Positions 59,384 to 64,000 of a stretch of 64,000 nucleotides of DNA are shown here, piece after piece (the stretch's first letter is position 1; the number at the start of each line of letters is the position of its first letter). Location: assembly GCF_963506605.1 (NCBI RefSeq), contig NC_083277.1:47802001-47866000 (forward strand), written 5' to 3'. The stretch comes from Zootoca vivipara (lineage: Eukaryota). The notes under the pieces were generated by a model that ran no database searches, was not told where the DNA came from, and was given only the letters and a program-made list of their open reading frames with translations. Position numbers and translations under genes: made by a program.

Positions 59384-61134
59384 GCTTAGGCAGTTATTGA
59401 AAGCCCCACTCAAAACTCTTTGTTTGAAAAGCTTGTAGGATATGCTATCTACACTTGAGAAGATGCCCTAAAATAAACTCTGGATGGATCCATGGGTGAT
59501 CCCCACTGCAACTGGAAAGTAACAGCAGAAGACCAGGAATAGTACACTTCCTGCATTCCTTCCATATACAACTCTCCAACTGGAACCATTTTATATCCAA
59601 GATGGGTCCTTAGAGGCAGCATCATCCCACATCCTGTTGTTCCTGTCCTTTGTGAAATAAGGCAAATGTAAGAGCTCTCACATGATTTCCATGAAGCATA
59701 CTGTTTTCAGCAAGGACAGTCCTTTTTTGGAACTTTTCAGTTGACCTTGAAATAGGAAATTCAGACAATCACTCTGTCTTGGCCCTTCACACAGCGAAGT
59801 CCAACTTTTAAATGATAAGGTGGACTTTGCAATGTGTCCAGCGGAACTCACGCTCAGGTAAGTGTGTATAGGACTGCAATCTTAATTAAGTTTTCAGAGT
59901 GCCCTTACTATGAGATGCTCTCAGAAAAGGAAACGGAAGCTCGCAATTCTGAACATTTTACAAAATATGCAGATATGTATAATTTAGTATAGTTTATCCC
60001 AGCTAAAGTATTGAGCCTTGGAGAACCAGAATGTGAGAGAGGTGAGAGGCAGATATAGAGATACAAAGAACTTGAGGTCAAGGAAAGAAGGGATCAGTAA
60101 AATAAGCACACAAATCCTGGAATCTAGCTATTGAAAACACTTCCAATATAATTAAGAAAAAAACGATGCCTTTCTGGACAGTAACCAGGCTAAAAGCTTA
60201 CCATTTTATATTTTGTAATGAATGTACATCAATGAACCAGCTCCTGGATATAACCCACTGTTTTAAATACGTTAATGCTCTTGTACAATGCAAATTTGTT
60301 TATTGAGATAACACCAGAAAGGAAGATGTTCATATGAATCAATAAACTAATTAATTATAAGTGACTGGCTATCGGATGTTAAAAAAACTGATTCAAGCTA
60401 CACCAGTAATGAAGTCAGAACACTGTATGATCTGATATTTCTCCAGGATCACCACACCTGTTGCCACGCTGCCTTCAAATGTCATTAGTATATATGTCCA
60501 TATTTAGGAGGAATTATTCTCGAAGTTAATCCATAGGATAGGAACTGCCTCATTACTTGGAAGTGCTGGGGGGGGGTCAGATTTCTAACAAAATTTTAAA
60601 ATTAAAATTGCTCACGAACAAAGAGCATAACAAAAATTCATTGGATAGTCAGATGATGTCTGTAATAATATTGAAACAATAGACCAAGGAAGACAAATGG
60701 CAAGAGATCTCCCTGCTCTTATGATACATACAAGCCCATGGAAGGATTTAATTATGTTAAAATTAACCTTTTAAACATAGCTAAGAGGAAATATACCACT
60801 CCACTAGACAGAGATATGCATTCCTTTTGATCATGCTCAAGCAAAGTAGGTAGGCGTGCAAGTGGAAAAAGACATGCATTTCATTACCACATCCAAAAAG
60901 CAAAGCACAGCATGGGCAAGGGAATAGATTATGTCATGAGCACATGAAGACAGTATGGTATGTATTGGAAGAATGTTACAAAACTGTCTGTGGTGGGTGT
61001 CAAGAGAGGCACAACGAGGCATGAATTGAGACCTGGACAATGAGCCGACTATGAGAGACTTGAGCAGACTTGGGCTTATGGTTTAACAAGTACCTTCAAG
61101 CATGGCCGATTATGGTTTAATAAGTAGCTCAGAG

Positions 61135-61345
61135 AACTAGTGTAGCATAGTAGCACTGAGAGAATGCCATGAAATGGGAGCCTCCAGTTCAAATCTCTCC
61201 TCTAGGTGAGACTTGAGGCAAGGCACTTTCCCTTCACCTGCCTCCTGGGGATAATGCTGACCTAGCTTACAGGGCTGTTGTTAAGGATTACAGCGATAAC
61301 ATATGAGACGCTCTTTAAATACTCACATATTTTGCACAAGCCAAG
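61135..61345 (+). mobile_element. Old MIR/CORE-like SINE
   Basis: tRNA-like head TAGTGTAGCATAGT..AGTTCAAATC, core-like GGGGATAAT..CTTACAGGGCTGTTGTTAAGGATTA. Confidence 0.5.
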
Positions 61346-61943
61346 CATTACTATAATTATTATTATTACTCCAAAACATAAATTATAAGAATGTAAATCA
61401 TTAGAATAAATTATGGAGTACAGATGTAAATCAATAATATAGCCAGAGCGTAACTTGAATATTAAAAGTGGGTAACTTATAATTTGAATGTGCATCTATT
61501 ATCATATCATCAATATGATTATTCAAAGTGTCAATCAAGGAAGCTAATGACTCCACCATTAATGATTTTGCAACCTAAAGGCTTCTGCATGAGGCTGTTG
61601 ACTAATAGTAATAATAATACTTATTTCATATCATAGCTATCTTTAAATCGAAACAGAACATTTTTTCCTGAATGCTACAGCTGAGTGCTATTTTTTATAT
61701 TTGTACCCAACCTTTCTACAATGAGCTTACCATCCTAATTTAGCATCAGCACAACCCTATGCAGTAGATTAGGCTGAGAGGCAGCAGTTTCCCCACTGCC
61801 ACCCAGAAACTGCATGACTGGGTGAAGATTCACACATAATCCTTACTGTTAATTGTTACATTTGTTAGTCACTTGATAATAATAATAAAAAAGGCCCAAG
61901 GCGACTTAACAAGATATATTGTAGAAGGATAAAATCAATTAAA

Positions 61944-62528
61944 GGGACGCAGGTGGTGCTGTGGGTTAAACCACAGAGCCTAGGGCTTGCCGATCAGAAG
62001 GTTGGCGGTTCAAATCCTCGCGACGGGGTGAGCTCCCATTGCTCGGTCCCTCCTCCTGCCAACCTAGCAGTTCGAAAGCACGTCAAAGTGCAAGTAGATA
62101 AATAGGTACTGCTACAGCGGGAAGGTAAATGGGGTTTCCGTGTGCTGCTCTGGTTCGCCAGAAGTGGCTTTGTCATGCTGGCCACATGACCTGGAAGCTG
62201 TACGCCGGCTCCCTCGGCCAATAAAGCGAGCAGGGCCGTCTTAAGTATATTTGGCGCCCTGGCGCCGTGGTGCGACGGATCCCTCCGGCGCCCCTGCCCC
62301 ACCCCGTTTCCCAGCGTGGTGGGCGGCCGGAGCTGCGCGGTCGGGCTGGCGGGCAGTCGGCCGGGCTGGTGGGCGCAGCTGCGCAGCGCCCGCCTGGCGG
62401 GCAGGCACCCTGGCACCCTGCTCCACCCAGCCTGGCCGTAGGGCCGGCCACTGAAAGCGAGATGAGTGCCGCAACCCCAGAGCCGGTCACGACTGGACCT
62501 AATGGTCAGGGGTCCCTTTACCTTTACC
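61944..62528 (+). mobile_element. Sauria SINE interrupted by a GC-rich hAT MITE
   Basis: Full SINE; TSD TAAAATCAATTAAA (61930-61943, 62529-62542). Confidence 0.93.
62231..62453. mobile_element. 223-bp CpG-rich hAT MITE
   Basis: Ends CAGGGCCG / CGGCCACTG; perfect 8-bp TSD AAAGCGAG. Confidence 0.88.
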
Positions 62529-64000
62529 TAAAATCAATTAAAAGCAAGATAATTTTAAAGCAACAAACAACACAAGGGTGTTTCTCATCATACACTGCAA
62601 CCCAGCTATTGACATTGTAGTCAATGGCAATGAAGTTTAATGGAAGTGTTCTGCAGGACTGGATAAGTTGTAGTTACCTCGACACCTGCTAGTTTTATGC
62701 AATCAAATTGATGGCTACTGTGCACAAATCTTATGCAGGTTCTAAGGAAACAGAGTGTGATTCTTTCATGTTTAAGTACTGCTGACGTCAATGGATCAAG
62801 TTGTTTTAGCAGGACCCATTTGTGACTACTAGATTTACTTGAACTCAGACTACTCTGTATCTACAGTTTTTTTAAAAAAAAGTTATTTCAAGCCAGGGCC
62901 AACCATTACATAATTTTTCTGAATCTGTAGTCTGCTTGAAGGAGTGACTGCTTTGACAGTTCCTAACAACTTTATTATGAGAAGATGATGTCATAGAATG
63001 GAGGAAAAGGAGACCATTCCACTATTGGTGCTAGGTTGCCCTTACCCAATTCCATTTCCCACTAGTTTTACACCCAACTCTTGAGGCAAGTCACCAGGAG
63101 TGCTGGGAAAAATCATTGCCAGAAGAAGAAAGGTGCTCTAAAGACAAATGGGAGGTATGTATGTCAACCCAAGAACAAACTGAACCATTATGCGCTGACG
63201 TTCATGTCCTTATTCCACTAATTTTGCCTGAATGCAAAGAACTTTCCCTGGCAGCATTTCAACAACTTATTACTGGAAAGTTGTCAGTGCAGTAGTCATG
63301 TAGCATCATTCCTGAAGCTCCCTGGGAATTTAGATTGTCACAGTTATTAGGAAGTGACCTTTCCCTCAGATTTTTTTTTTAAACTTTATTTTAAGACCAA
63401 GCCAGCATGAAATTTCTCCATTGGGAGTAGCTGTGCTTCCTTCACAGATAAGGAAAACAGCAGTGGCAAGATTCTGGAGCAAGGAGTTCCATCTATTTTG
63501 ACAGTACATGGCACTGAGGTCTTGATAGATGCCTAAAGCAATATGCCTAGCAATCAAAAGGAAAGTAATGAAGTGTGCTAAGGAAAACAGATACATGACC
63601 AAAAAGTATTTTTCCAAGTCTTTTCTTCTAGCAGTCCCAGGCTTAGGAAGGTGCCTCTAAGTGTTTGGGTTGGGTTTTTTATTTAAAAAAACCTTTTACT
63701 CCTAAAACAATATTCCCTTGGATATAGTTTTGTTATTTAACTGAAGGGCTTCAATTCAGAGAACAAAGCTCACTTTCCAATGAAATCAATGAGACATGTT
63801 AAGATGTGACTTATTTAAGTTCCAGTAATTTCAAAATACCATAGCCATTATTTTTCTTTGGATTGGGACCTGTGCCTGGAATTTCAGATAAACCCTTTAA
63901 CTTTTATAACAACTGTTCTATGCATGCCGTCTCCTACCCCTAACTCTCTTCGGTTCAGCTGCATAAGATTCTCCACTACTTCCCTAATAATCTAAAACCA

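Noticed and set aside
40858-64000. PPARgamma2-specific coding exon B (MGETLGDS-like) and the main GC-rich PPARG promoter
   Set aside because: No recognisable match found by eye; they may be absent, diverged or beyond the window. The GC-rich patch at 62231 is a TSD-bounded MITE.

Overview
Eukaryotic, repeat-rich genomic DNA from a squamate reptile, most likely a lacertid lizard (inferred from Sauria/Squam1 SINEs, BovB, Squam3-like and Penelope repeats). The main feature is the complete six-exon coding region of PPARG on the minus strand: join(40849-40627, 39924-39755, 38427-38289, 33031-32832, 26531-26081, 17918-17671), 1431 nt, 476 aa, all introns GT-AG. Its 3'UTR carries 8mer miR-27 and miR-130 sites. 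About 2.5 kb downstream of the stop lies a full-length processed pseudogene of ATP5PO (OSCP) with a 9-bp target-site duplication (TSD). The rest is intronic or intergenic and holds many often nested transposons: at least nine CATAGCTGCCAAG-type hAT MITEs in several size classes, palindromic hAT MITEs, Tc1/mariner MITEs, a solo LTR, BovB/CR1/L2/Rex1 fragments and Penelope-like elements. The most interesting signals are an intact minimal hammerhead ribozyme motif in a Penelope copy, a 214-bp fold-back MITE 47 nt from the PPARG exon-2 donor, and a BovB 5' junction carrying a 31-bp locally templated insertion. Also notable are a triple-nested SINE/MITE/LTR, a candidate TATA-driven alternative first exon of PPARG, and a plus-strand cluster of microexon/terminal-exon splice signals from an unidentified convergent gene. 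Almost all other ORFs in the track are spurious or transposon-derived.
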